Sequence record: NZ_CP118990.1
Length of the DNA: 64,000 nt
Strand: one strand, 5' to 3'
From: a plasmid
Shown: positions 1-9,223 of the stretch, in pieces
How the letters are laid out: each line of letters begins with the position of its first letter
Position numbering within the stretch: position 1 is the first letter of the stretch
The notes under the pieces: model-generated
The model's input: only the letters and a program-made list of their open reading frames with translations
What the model was told of the DNA's origin: nothing
Database searches by the model: none
Translations under genes and position numbers: made by a program

Positions 1-1080
1 ATGGACAACCAACTAAACGGCACTAGCGGGATCAAGATGACAAGAAAAGCGAAAGACAAAGCTGTCGAGAAACTGCTAATTGAGAAAAACTCTCCGCAGA
101 TGAGTCTTTTTGAGATAATTGAGTCTCCAGGCAAAGAGAGCGAATACTCAAACACAATTGAGCTTTACGATGCGTTACCAAAGTACGTTTGGGACACCAA
201 GAGGGAACAAGAGGACTTATCTAACGCTGTCGTAACGAGACAATGCACCCTGAGGGGTCAACAATTTACCGTCAAAGTAAAACCAGCGATTATTGAAAAA
301 GATGACGGTCGTTCGGTTCTTATTTATGCGGGGCAACGAGAAGAGATTGTTGAGGATGCTTTGCGCAAACTTGCAGTGAAGGGGGCAGGCCTTGTTATTG
401 AAGGTAAAGCCTCGGTAATGTTCTCACTGCACCAACTTCGACAAGAACTCGCAAAACTAGGTCACACGTACAGCTTCTATGAAATCAAAGAAGCAATCCT
501 TGTTTGTCGCGGCGCAACACTTGAGTGCATAAGCAATGATGGTGGAACGATTTTCAGCTCAAGTTTTTTCCCAATGGTTGGACTTACAACGCTCAACGAC
601 CTGAAAAATAAAAAACAGGACGCTCGCTGTTATGTGCAATTTCACCCGTTGGTGCACGAATCAATTGTTAGTCTGACGTATCGGCAGTACAACTACAAAA
701 TCGGCATGAATATACGCTCGCCGCTTGCGCGGTTTATATATAAGCGCATGAGTCATTACTGGACTCAAGCATCATTGAGCACACCTTATACTCCCTCGCT
801 AAAAAGCTTTCTGAGCCAAAGCCCGAGGGAATTAAGTCCGAGGATGCCGGAAAACGTCCGAGCAATGAAAAACGCTCTTGATGTTTTAGCTGGGGAACAA
901 GTAATTAGCGAATATGAGGCCAATCACATTAAAGACGGCCGCAAGACGCTTGATGTGAGATATGTAATCCTGCCGCATGATAAATTCGTAAAGCAGATGA
1001 TGGCCTCTAACAAACGCAGACAGCAGGTTGAGCAAAAGGCATTGGATAACAAGGACATGAAAAACACCAAGGGTAAATAA
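1..1080 (+). CDS. repA: Plasmid replication initiator, RepA-like (RPA/IncA-C-type family); begins at window edge
   Basis: 359-aa ORF with N-terminal MSLFEI-type motif typical of RepA initiators; immediately followed by a large iteron field and DnaA boxes. Confidence 0.55.
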   Translation: MDNQLNGTSGIKMTRKAKDKAVEKLLIEKNSPQMSLFEIIESPGKESEYSNTIELYDALPKYVWDTKREQEDLSNAVVTRQCTLRGQQFTVKVKPAIIEKDDGRSVLIYAGQREEIVEDALRKLAVKGAGLVIEGKASVMFSLHQLRQELAKLGHTYSFYEIKEAILVCRGATLECISNDGGTIFSSSFFPMVGLTTLNDLKNKKQDARCYVQFHPLVHESIVSLTYRQYNYKIGMNIRSPLARFIYKRMSHYWTQASLSTPYTPSLKSFLSQSPRELSPRMPENVRAMKNALDVLAGEQVISEYEANHIKDGRKTLDVRYVILPHDKFVKQMMASNKRRQQVEQKALDNKDMKNTKGK

Positions 1081-2048
1081 CCCGCGCATGACATTGCACA
1101 TTACAGACAGAGCCTGCAATTATTGGCCTTGTTCTTCCGCGCCAATAATGACACCAGACAATCCCCTGCCAACGTCCCCCCTACGATAGGTAGGTTTGCT
1201 GCACGGTTTGATTGAACCACCGTTCAGACCCATCACCCCACCACACACTCATGGTCATCAAACATCAACACAGGCGCTCAGGGCCGCCTGAGGCGAACTC
1301 AGACGTCCAAGGGGCGGGGGAAGTACCCCGGCATCATCACGGCGCTCCTGAGGCCGCATAGAGGCTATGAGCAAAGCGTAGGTGCAATCCACCAGCAACA
1401 AGACCAGACTCCATTATTATCAATCAGGAGGCCGCGAAGTACCGGCGCCCAGTAAGCCATACTCGGCAAGCTGGTGGATCAGCAAAGGTGTCCCATACGT
1501 ATCAAGCCCGGCGATCGGGTTTACTGGGGCCCTCCCCCCCCCCCCGGATATGATTTCAAGACCGTCTACCCCGAACACAAGCAACCAAGATGAGCACAAT
1601 GGTAATCCCTGTTCAGTACGGCTGCACCAGGGGTTGCTATGCAACTCAGTTGAGCAGTCGCTGGCCCCCCCTCACGCAGGATACTGGCAACCATGGGCAG
1701 ATTTCGGCATCGCCAGTTGGCGGCCGGAGTCAGCTATCGGCCACTGCCACAGCAGTACATGCAACCCCCTGTCGAGAGCCAAAATAGCTCAGAGCTGTCG
1801 GCAAGCTCCCCGACAGCAGCGGATAACAGAGCAATGAGGCTCTGCGACCTATACACATCTTCGTCCATGCCCCTCCAACTAACTACCTCCAGCCACCAGC
1901 ATAACTGCCGATCTGGTTCTGGTACGTAGCCCCCCGGCCATGAGCCGGTGAGCCCATCCCATATTGAGCTACCCCCACATAGTTCGACTGCAAGTGATAA
2001 CTCTCGGGAGTTAGGTTAGCGGATCGATAGCAGCCTACCGTAGCGGAT

Positions 2049-2128
2049 ATCCACGGTAGGTTCGCTGCACGGTATTCGGTAGGTTTGTTAGGCGATAGCG
2101 ACCCGGTGACGGTAGGTTCGTGGCGCAA
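2049..2128. repeat. Dispersed iteron copies (3 partial/complete copies of CGGTAGGTTYGCTGCACG core)
   Basis: Direct reading: cggtaggttcgctgcacggta, cggtaggtttgtt..., cggtaggttcgtggcg. Confidence 0.6.
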
Positions 2129-2238
2129 ATAGGATGAGCGCCCTTACCCAAGAGGCATCGAGAACCAAACACCCACCAGGATGTTGCATATGAGTCTGCC
2201 CGCCTGCAAAATGCGGACACATTCGAACTCAATAATGG

Positions 2239-2679
2239 ATGGTTCAGGTCATGAAAAAGTTATTGGCAGTTGCGTTGGTACTTACCTCGTTCTCTGGCTT
2301 TTCTTATACGTCCCCAGAGGACGCTTTCGAGGATTCAGATTTTGTGGATGTGGTATATGCCCCATTTGTCTCGGACGAGGCAATCTATCTTACTAAAGGG
2401 TACGAGTCATTGAGGGGGACGGATGAGTACATTGAAGTGATCATGATGGTCAACAGCAAGCTGGCTGATGAATGCGGTGCAGTTGCTGAGCCATCAAATT
2501 TTGCGATGAGTCACTTGATCGCAATTATGGCTGACGCGCAGAAAAACGGGAACCACGACGTGGTGAAGGTAGGGCTAGACAAGGTTACTTGTGCGATCTT
2601 CAACCAGGACAGATTGAATCAAGAACTCGATGCAAAGAAGGGGCTCCAGACGCCAAAACAGGAAGTGGGACATCAGTAG
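2239..2679 (+). CDS. Hypothetical secreted protein (signal peptide)
   Basis: 146-aa ORF, N-terminal MKKLLAVALVLTSFSGFS hydrophobic signal; terminator hairpin downstream. Confidence 0.45.
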   Translation: MVQVMKKLLAVALVLTSFSGFSYTSPEDAFEDSDFVDVVYAPFVSDEAIYLTKGYESLRGTDEYIEVIMMVNSKLADECGAVAEPSNFAMSHLIAIMADAQKNGNHDVVKVGLDKVTCAIFNQDRLNQELDAKKGLQTPKQEVGHQ

Positions 2680-2696
2680 TCACCCCATAAATACCT

Positions 2697-2720
2697 AAAC
2701 CGCCGAATGGCGGTTTTTTT
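2697..2720 (+). terminator. Rho-independent terminator (aaaccgccgaatggcggttttttt)
   Basis: GC stem-loop followed by T7 run directly after ORF 2239-2679. Confidence 0.7.
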
Positions 2721-2760
2721 GACCTATTTGAGCCGGGGAGGTTCAAAGCGTGGGGCAAGA

Positions 2761-3246
2761 ACGGTAGGTTCGCTGCACGGTAAGAGGCCGGGGGGGAAAG
2801 CGGTAGGTTCGCTGCACGGTAAGAGGCCGGGGGAAAGCGGTAGGTTCGCTGCACGGTAAGAGGCCGGGGGAAAGCGGTAGGTTTGCTGCACGGTAAGAGG
2901 CCGGGGGAAAGCGGTAGGTTCGCTGCACGGTAAGAGGCCGGGGGAAAGCGGTAGGTTTGCTGCACGGTAAGAGGCCGGGGGAAAGCGGTAGGTTTGCTGC
3001 ACGGTAAGAGGCCGGGGGGAAAGCGGTAGGTTCGCTGCACGGTAAGAGGCCGGGGGGAAAGCGGTAGGTTCGCAGCACGGTAAGAGGCCGGGGGGAAAGC
3101 GGTAGGTTCGCAGCACGGTAAGAGGCCGGGGGGAAAGCGGTAGGTTCGCTGCACGGTAAGAGGCCGGGGGGAAAGCGGTAGGTTTGCTGCACGGTAAGAG
3201 GCCGGTGGGGAAAGCGGTAGGTTTGCTGCACGGTAGAAGATCGACT
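2761..3246. repeat. Tandem iteron array: 13 direct copies of a 37-38 bp unit (CGGTAGGTTYGCWGCACGGTAAGAGGCCGGGGGRAAAG)
   Basis: Counted 13 consecutive copies by eye; unit-length periodicity 37-38 bp; explains the repetitive spurious minus-strand ORFs 2600-3315. Confidence 0.9.
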
Positions 3247-3408
3247 GTGCAGGCGAAGAACGGTAGGTTTACTGCACGATAGAAGGCCGACAGTACGTTT
3301 GTTGCACGAAAACATTCAGCTGGCGAAACCTGTCAAAGATTGACTCATCAGAACAAAAGGAAATCGAACAAAAAAGAGACAAAAATGGTGCCCATGAACG
3401 CCGTAGTC

Positions 3409-3417
3409 TGTGGATAA
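3409..3417 (-). promoter_or_regulatory. DnaA box (TGTGGATAA = complement of TTATCCACA, 9/9)
   Basis: Perfect match to E. coli DnaA box consensus, located between iteron clusters. Confidence 0.6.
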
Positions 3418-3589
3418 CCATATGTCAGCTCGGTAGGTTTACTGCACGATAGGCGGTAGGTTAGTTGCACGGTTCATTTTTCGAGCGAAACGCACGGTAG
3501 GTTTGTTGCACCGATACGGTAGGTTTGCTGCACGATAAGCATCTGCTCGGTAGGTTTGTTGCACGGTAGAACGGATAGCCGTGAAGAAA

Positions 3590-3598
3590 TGTGGATAG
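3590..3598 (-). promoter_or_regulatory. DnaA-like box (TGTGGATAG, 8/9)
   Basis: Near-consensus DnaA box inside iteron field, adjacent to GATC. Confidence 0.4.
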
Positions 3599-3790
3599 AT
3601 CAACGACCTGCTGTGCAAAACCGGTGACGTATTCGGAGGGGACGGTAGGTTTACTGCACGGATTCCGGTAGGTTCGCTGCACGGATCCAGGTAGGTTTGT
3701 TGCACGATAGATTTTCAAAAACGTCAAATATATCAAAATGTTGTGTCAGAACGGAGTGTCACTATCCTTTCTTTAACCTTGATCGATCCT

Positions 3791-3828
3791 TTAACCAGAT
3801 CTAAAGATCTTTTATTTATTCTGTGCCA
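3791..3828. promoter_or_regulatory. GATC cluster (4 Dam sites) plus oriC-13-mer-like AT-rich element (GATCTTTTATTTA): putative DNA unwinding element of oriV
   Basis: gatcgatcc...agatctaaagatcttttatttatt; 13-mer matches GATCTnTTnTTTT consensus. Confidence 0.45.
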
Positions 3829-3849
3829 AGCGCATCTGTGAGTAAGGAG

Positions 3850-4290
3850 CTACCTAAGCAACTCATAGAGCACGCCAACAACAAGGAAAAGCACGAACAG
3901 GGAGGCCAGCATCGCAATCAAATAGCCGAGTTCATGAACAACCCCTTTGATCAGTGATTTCAGGCTGACGGATCTCCCTGTGATCCTGTGAACGATCCAC
4001 TGATACACAGCAAACGAGGCCAGCCCGCAAATTACCAGAACCCCCACCAGCAGGAGAATATTACCCTTCACCGCAGACATACTCAGCACACCAGACTGGA
4101 TGCCCCATCCAACAAGCTTGCCCAAGCCAAAGCCCAACACCAAGGCTACAGTACCCCGCCAAAGAACAACTTTCAGCGACTGACCCCAAGTGAGTTCGAC
4201 CCCCATACTTCTTCTCGCTGAGAAGCGCACCAGTACCACCGATGTCACGATACCGATCACAACCATCAAAATGACGTCCAAATCCCTCAC
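3850..4290 (-). CDS. Hypothetical inner-membrane protein (about 4 TM helices)
   Basis: 146-aa ORF, strongly hydrophobic segments. Confidence 0.4.
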   Translation of the reverse strand: MRDLDVILMVVIGIVTSVVLVRFSARRSMGVELTWGQSLKVVLWRGTVALVLGFGLGKLVGWGIQSGVLSMSAVKGNILLLVGVLVICGLASFAVYQWIVHRITGRSVSLKSLIKGVVHELGYLIAMLASLFVLFLVVGVLYELLR

Positions 4291-4296
4291 CCCATA

Positions 4297-5407
4297 TCAA
4301 TCTGAACCACATGCCTCACGGCCAAAAGCGCCTGGTGGCGTTTCCCATTTCTGTCCCGCTGGCACCAACACCGGCAACACGTATTGTTCCATCGACACCT
4401 GATTCAACGCATCAACATCCGAAATCCGTATCGGTGAAACACCAGCGCTCAAGTCAAGCACATCAATCCGCTTCCTTGAGACCGTCACGCCAAAGCTTTG
4501 TTCATAACGCGCAATCGACATCACCCGTTCAGGCCAATAGTGCTTGATCGTTGCCCACACCCGCGGGGAGTTGTATATGCAAGTCAGCCAGACGATCGAC
4601 TCCACCCAAGCCGGTAGGGGACTGGTGCACTCACGCGATGTTTCTCCAGTACCTCCCATACCAGTTCCTCAGTCCAATGCAATACTGGCCTCCAAACATC
4701 AACCCTCCGTGCAGTCCTGCCGCTCCTTCTGTCACAAGCATGGGCCTCCAGCTGGTTGTACTTAGCCCTGTTGGCGCTTTCCTCTCGCCGCTCACCCGTC
4801 ACGAATAGGATCTTCTTACCCCTGAATCGATCTTGGTTATTCAGCGCCCGACGACCAACATCGATTTTCAACGCACTGGAGCACCACCTGGTTTGAAGTG
4901 AAGGAGATTGTTGGGGGAAGCGAAGCCTAGTGGACGGTGATGGTCGCTGATGGTCCCTGGGCAGCACCAGAAGCCCCTCATGCGTCTCAACGTGGTGTGG
5001 ACGACTGTAGGCATTATCCTTTAGCAGCTCCCCCTCAAAACCGCCCTCAAGCCACGAAAAGTACAGTGGTACCTGGAATACCTCCGCCAACTGGTGGCAG
5101 TAGTCGCGCATAACCCCCAGTCCATCAAAGAGCTCCCCTCCCGGCCATCGACGTCATGATGCCAGAACTCTACCTTCGAGCGGTCTACCCCCATATCGAG
5201 CGACCTCAAGTAGGCAGCTATCGAATCCTTGCCGCCAGATATACAAACTATGACGTGATCGTACAAAGCCAGATCTACTTCCGGGGCCGAGTAATACGAT
5301 GTTTCAACGTGACAACCCTTCTTACTTGGAAGACCGGTCAAGGCCCCTTCGAGAGACGGGATAACCACTTGGTCGTCAAACAGATCACCCTGAACATTAC
5401 CTCTCAT
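4297..5407 (-). pseudogene. Phosphoadenosine-phosphosulfate (PAPS) reductase-family / PP-loop ATPase gene, broken over three frames
   Basis: PP-loop motif VCISGGKDS in frame 1 (5021-5407), KKILFVTGERREESANRAKY in frame 2 (4584-5111), C-terminal continuation in frame 3 (4297-4659); frameshifts may be real or sequencing errors. Confidence 0.5.
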
Positions 5408-5632
5408 AAACAGCTCACCATTTTTGCTTTACCGTTCTATATTTTCATATTACAGTATCATAAAGCGATCCTGTAATTAACAGGGTGCTTTTGACCATTA
5501 CGCCAGGCGCACCACAAGGAGTCATCAAAAAGCAATCTAAACGTAGCCTTTGGAATTGACTGGGATACTTGGCAACGCCGGGGTGGGTTAGGGAAGCGCA
5601 GATAGGTTGCTTTTAGATGGGTTCTTGATTGG

Positions 5633-6271
5633 TTGGCTGGTTCATTGTTCAACGAGAAGGTGACGACAGTGGAAGCTATAAAGCGATTCATCGTCTGGGT
5701 GAATTACGGTCTTGAGGGGGGGAGCATGTACGGCTCTAGCAACGATTGGAAAGAAGCCCTCTCCCTTCGCCTGGATGCGATAGAAGGGGGTGGCAATGAC
5801 AAAGGGGATGTCTTCGTGACCGAGAGCAAAGAAGCGCTGGTGGCTGAGACCGAATTGACAGAATGGCACCGGGAGCTCGAAGCGGTGCTGATGGCCCTGG
5901 ATGATTGTCAGTTGGAGTGCGATGGCATGACTTGGGCCGTGAGTCACCTATTGAAGGCGGCCGGGATCCCCCACGATTGCATGAGCGGCATAGTGAGGAA
6001 CGAGCAGACCAAAGACATTGTGACCCCTCACTACTGGATAGCTCTCAATGGGGGTTGGGTGGTGGACCTTCGGCTCCGGATGTGGTTCGGGGACCATGAT
6101 GAGGTTCCCCATGGAATCTTTCACTCTCTAAGCGAACCGGGCTTCTTCTACCAGGGTGAGCTCGTCCAACAACACCAAGGAATGCGGTTATCGAGGGCGG
6201 TACTGGACATGATGACCGATGGAAAAATTTCACATGTGAAAATTCCATCGCTACAAAGCGGAGAGAAGTAG
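5633..6271 (+). CDS. Hypothetical protein
   Basis: 212-aa ORF; no recognisable motif; operator palindrome overlaps its 3' end. Confidence 0.35.
   Translation: MAGSLFNEKVTTVEAIKRFIVWVNYGLEGGSMYGSSNDWKEALSLRLDAIEGGGNDKGDVFVTESKEALVAETELTEWHRELEAVLMALDDCQLECDGMTWAVSHLLKAAGIPHDCMSGIVRNEQTKDIVTPHYWIALNGGWVVDLRLRMWFGDHDEVPHGIFHSLSEPGFFYQGELVQQHQGMRLSRAVLDMMTDGKISHVKIPSLQSGEK
6224..6245. promoter_or_regulatory. Palindromic operator-like site (AAAAATTTCACATGTGAAAATT), family member 1
   Basis: Core TTCACATGTGAA at 6229-6240, 30 bp upstream of ORF 6273. Confidence 0.5.
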
Positions 6272-6272
6272 A

Positions 6273-6818
6273 GTGGAACTGAACTACGACAAAGAAGTAT
6301 CGGACGCACACTTGGCAGCTGCCGGTTGGGGGATGGACGCTTTCAATCATTCCAACCCTTTCGAAAGCCATGTCATCTACGTGCGAGACTATCGGAGCGA
6401 CAACACTAGGCTGTTCACCATCAGGCAGGATGAGTTCGATGTGATCCGTGTCCCTGCCCACCAGCCAATCGAGGTGATGACTTCTATCATTGCAGCGTCA
6501 ATGATAAAGCTCGCTCGGGGAACACTAAAAATCAACGAAAACTCAGGGCTGGCTCACGCCTTGGTGGGCTACGCCAAAGCAACTCAGACATACCGCCAGT
6601 GGCGTCTTGTCGCTGGTGCAAAAGAGCGTCTGCACTTAATCCTCAATATCTACCCTACTCGTGGTGATGACGGACTACTCAGACCCATTATCCTGCGCAC
6701 CCCTGAAACAGTCCTGAGCACGACCGAAGTTCTCATGACCGCAGCCCAAATCCGGGATGTGGATAGAGTTAATCACCCCGAGTGGTTCAAGACCAAAAAG
6801 CTCGGCGGCCGGAGGTAG
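6273..6818 (+). CDS. Hypothetical protein
   Basis: 181-aa ORF, tightly packed with neighbours. Confidence 0.4.
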   Translation: MELNYDKEVSDAHLAAAGWGMDAFNHSNPFESHVIYVRDYRSDNTRLFTIRQDEFDVIRVPAHQPIEVMTSIIAASMIKLARGTLKINENSGLAHALVGYAKATQTYRQWRLVAGAKERLHLILNIYPTRGDDGLLRPIILRTPETVLSTTEVLMTAAQIRDVDRVNHPEWFKTKKLGGRR

Positions 6819-6820
6819 TG

Positions 6821-7351
6821 ATGAAGCTTGTTCTCTGGATAGGAGCCCTGATCATTGCCCCCTTCGTCATCGCCAAGGTGGATTTGTGGCGCCGACGCGG
6901 CATCGGTGAGGCCTGGGGCTGGTGGGAAACAGAGAACATGCCTCATGAGCTGCGTACCGCGACCCTGTTCCTATCGGAGCAGGACATCGCGACTTCCCTG
7001 CCGGTGCCGATGCACGGCAGGGTTGACCAGGTGTACAAGACCAAGCGGGGGGTGCTCATCCCGCTTGATACCAAATCTCGTCCGATGACTCGCGTCTACG
7101 AATCGGACATCATTCAGCTCTCGGTTTACCGGATCATCCTGTTGCATCAGTACAACGTCCCCGTCGCCAACTACGGCTACGTCAGGACTGTGACTGAAAC
7201 CTCAACCGGGGAGCGAGTCCGTTACATCAAGACAAAACTGCTCAGCGAAAGGCAAGTGGTCAAGCTATGGCGGCGCTATCAGTCGATACGCTCCGGCCAG
7301 ATGACACCATCCTGTACCTGTGGTGGTGATTTCCACTCAACATCACGTTGA
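6821..7351 (+). CDS. Hypothetical membrane-anchored protein, possible PD-(D/E)xK-like motif (GRVDQ...LIPLDTKS)
   Basis: GGAGG RBS 6 nt upstream of ATG 6821; N-terminal TM helix; weak nuclease-like motif only. Confidence 0.4.
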   Translation: MKLVLWIGALIIAPFVIAKVDLWRRRGIGEAWGWWETENMPHELRTATLFLSEQDIATSLPVPMHGRVDQVYKTKRGVLIPLDTKSRPMTRVYESDIIQLSVYRIILLHQYNVPVANYGYVRTVTETSTGERVRYIKTKLLSERQVVKLWRRYQSIRSGQMTPSCTCGGDFHSTSR

Positions 7352-7402
7352 GTGTTTGGTTGTTTACTCGGGCCGATTGGCCCTTTTCCCATGGAGAGGC
7401 AT

Positions 7403-8314
7403 ATGTGGTTCAAAAACTTGAGCGTCTATCGTTTCACCCGTCCATTCGAGCTCACTGCGGAGCAGCTGGAGACCCAGCTTGAAACCTGTGCTTTCACCCC
7501 CTGCGGTAGCCAGGACATTTCCAAGTTCGGCTGGGTTAAACCCCTTGGCAAATTCGGTTCGATGCTGACCCACTCAGCACAAGGTCACATCCTCATCTGC
7601 GCTCGCAAGGAAGAGAAGCTCCTGCCGACAGCCTTCGTTAACGAGCAGCTGGCCGAGAAGATCGAAGAAGTGGAGCATGAGCAGGGCCGAGCCCTCAAGA
7701 AGAAGGAAAAGGCAGCTCTGAAAGAGGAACTGCTGCACTCCCTGCTACCTCGTGCATTCAGCCGCACAAACCAGACACTGGCTTGGCTGAATCCCGCAGA
7801 GAACCTGCTGGTGGTCGATAGCAGCTCAGCCAAGAGGGCAGACGATCTGCTGGCACTGCTGCGCAAATCCATTGGCTCCCTGCCTGTGGTGCCGGTGGCT
7901 CTCAAGAACCCGCCCGAGATCACCATGACCGAGTGGCTGAACGAGGGTAATCTCCCCGCCAGCTTCACCCTGGAAGACGAAGCTGAGCTGCGGAGCGCCA
8001 TGGAGGAAGGAGGAATTATCCGCTGCAAGAAACAGGACCTGATGACTGATGAGATCAAGCATCACCTGTCCAACGACAAACAGGTAACCAAGCTGGCCTT
8101 GACCTGGGGGGATACCCTGAGCTTCGTACTGGGGGACGATCTTTCCATCAAGCGGCTCAAGTTCAGCGAGGAGCTGCGCGAGCAGAACGATGATGTGAGT
8201 AATGAAGACCCCGCGGCCCGGATTGATGCGGACTTTGCCCTGGTGACTGCTGAGCTGTCACAGTTTATCCCAGCCCTCTTTGCTGCCCTGGGGGGCGAGG
8301 AACAGGCTCAATAG
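7403..8314 (+). CDS. rdgC: Recombination-associated protein RdgC
   Basis: N-terminus MWFKNLSVYRF... and overall ~303-aa length match RdgC; RBS GGAGAGG before ATG 7403. Confidence 0.8.
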   Translation: MWFKNLSVYRFTRPFELTAEQLETQLETCAFTPCGSQDISKFGWVKPLGKFGSMLTHSAQGHILICARKEEKLLPTAFVNEQLAEKIEEVEHEQGRALKKKEKAALKEELLHSLLPRAFSRTNQTLAWLNPAENLLVVDSSSAKRADDLLALLRKSIGSLPVVPVALKNPPEITMTEWLNEGNLPASFTLEDEAELRSAMEEGGIIRCKKQDLMTDEIKHHLSNDKQVTKLALTWGDTLSFVLGDDLSIKRLKFSEELREQNDDVSNEDPAARIDADFALVTAELSQFIPALFAALGGEEQAQ

Positions 8315-8324
8315 GGAGATACCG

Positions 8325-9083
8325 ATGTATCACGCTTTCGACCTTTTCAGCATCATTTCTCTTGTGCTGATTATTGCCGTAATCGTTATCGCTCTGTTCC
8401 AACTGAACAGACCGGCGACGATAGTTCTTTCATCACCAAGTTGGCTGATTGTGCTCATGAGCCCAGCAACAGTATTACCTCTTGTCCCCATCTTATTTTC
8501 ACTGTGGATTGTAGGATCCTCCTACTTATATGGGGCTACTGCTGGGAACATCTTTGGGCTCATTTTTACAGGCTTCTGCTACTACGCATTTCACGCGATC
8601 CTGCACAAAGGAGCGAGATTTTTCATGTCAAAACCGGTTAGGGAGTTGCAGTGGTGGATCGACTACCGTGGCAACTTCCATCCGCACTTAATCATCATGA
8701 ATAACACTGACAGGACACATTTCAGCAAGAGGAAGGAAAAAGCGTTAAGCCTGCTGGCCGACATTGAGGAAGCCGGTCCATTTGGCAGACCCATTGTAGT
8801 GAAAACGCCGTTCAAGCTTGATTACCTGTCAGCCCGTTTGGCTAGACAGGGATGGAAGATCGAGAGACGCCCCGCCTCCAGTTGTCCCTGGATTGTGCGA
8901 GTCGCGCTCCTGATGCGACGCGGGAAATTACAGTTACCGATACCTTCAAATGGCTGGAGGCTCAAGCTGCCTACTCGTCGCGATTGGCGAGACCTTGCCA
9001 TGATGCACCATGCGGTACTCTCCCCTCCCAGCTATCCAAGTGTTGAGATCACTCCATCAGCAGCAAGACTGCTCAGGGATTAG
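8325..9083 (+). CDS. Hypothetical membrane protein (N-terminal multi-TM, C-terminal soluble domain)
   Basis: RBS GGGAGA before ATG 8325; hydrophobic N-terminal ~110 aa. Confidence 0.4.
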   Translation: MYHAFDLFSIISLVLIIAVIVIALFQLNRPATIVLSSPSWLIVLMSPATVLPLVPILFSLWIVGSSYLYGATAGNIFGLIFTGFCYYAFHAILHKGARFFMSKPVRELQWWIDYRGNFHPHLIIMNNTDRTHFSKRKEKALSLLADIEEAGPFGRPIVVKTPFKLDYLSARLARQGWKIERRPASSCPWIVRVALLMRRGKLQLPIPSNGWRLKLPTRRDWRDLAMMHHAVLSPPSYPSVEITPSAARLLRD

Positions 9084-9115
9084 TCACAGGATATGAGGGA
9101 GCTATCCCCAGAATT

Positions 9116-9124
9116 TGTGGATAA
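9116..9124 (-). promoter_or_regulatory. DnaA box (TGTGGATAA)
   Basis: Perfect 9-mer complement of TTATCCACA. Confidence 0.3.
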
Positions 9125-9138
9125 AACGAGCTCAACTT

Positions 9139-9163
9139 AGGCCCCTAATCGGGGCCTTTTTTT
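9139..9163 (+). terminator. Rho-independent terminator (aggcccctaatcggggcctttttttg)
   Basis: GC hairpin + T7 run after ORF 8325-9083. Confidence 0.7.
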
Positions 9164-9203
9164 GCCTACAGAACGGCGGAGCTGTCAGCAGAAAGGGGGG
9201 GGG

Positions 9204-9223
9204 AAATTTCACATGTGAAATTT
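9204..9223. promoter_or_regulatory. Palindromic operator-like site AAATTTCACATGTGAAATTT, family member 2
   Basis: Perfect 20-bp palindrome, preceded by a G9 homopolymer. Confidence 0.5.

Larger units (their letters stand above)
3250..3710. repeat. Dispersed iteron copies (about 10 copies of the ~20-bp core CGGTAGGTTTRYTGCACG, both spacings irregular)
   Basis: Core copies at ~3252, 3430, 3452, 3495, 3517, 3548, 3643, 3667, 3689. Confidence 0.8.

Noticed and set aside
1382-2232. Several 60-150-aa ORFs on both strands in the 1.1-2.2 kb interval
   Set aside because: Mutually overlapping, no RBS, proline/arginine-rich junk typical of GC-rich non-coding DNA; region contains iteron copies and is better explained as origin/control DNA.
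2761-3246. Possible CRISPR array (regular direct repeats)
   Set aside because: Units are contiguous with no unique spacers, repeat is 37-38 bp with partial copies dispersed nearby, no cas genes; behaviour is that of plasmid iterons next to repA.
2600-3315. Three long overlapping minus-strand ORFs (130-190 aa) with repetitive PPGLLPCSEPTAFP peptide sequence
   Set aside because: They are translations of the 37-bp tandem iteron array in three frames; periodic amino-acid repeats mirror the DNA repeat; no RBS; not genes.
5156-5476. 106-aa plus-strand ORF
   Set aside because: Lies antisense within the PAPS-reductase-family pseudogene; no RBS; likely spurious.
6229-6240. Palindrome TCACATGTGA as a CRP/FNR-type site
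   Set aside because: CRP sites are TGTGA-N6-TCACA (half-sites in the opposite order and with 6-bp spacer); here the halves abut (TCACA|TGTGA), so it is a different specificity.
7585-8058. 157-aa minus-strand ORF antisense to rdgC
   Set aside because: Ser/Arg-rich low-complexity antisense artefact; rdgC frame is strongly supported.
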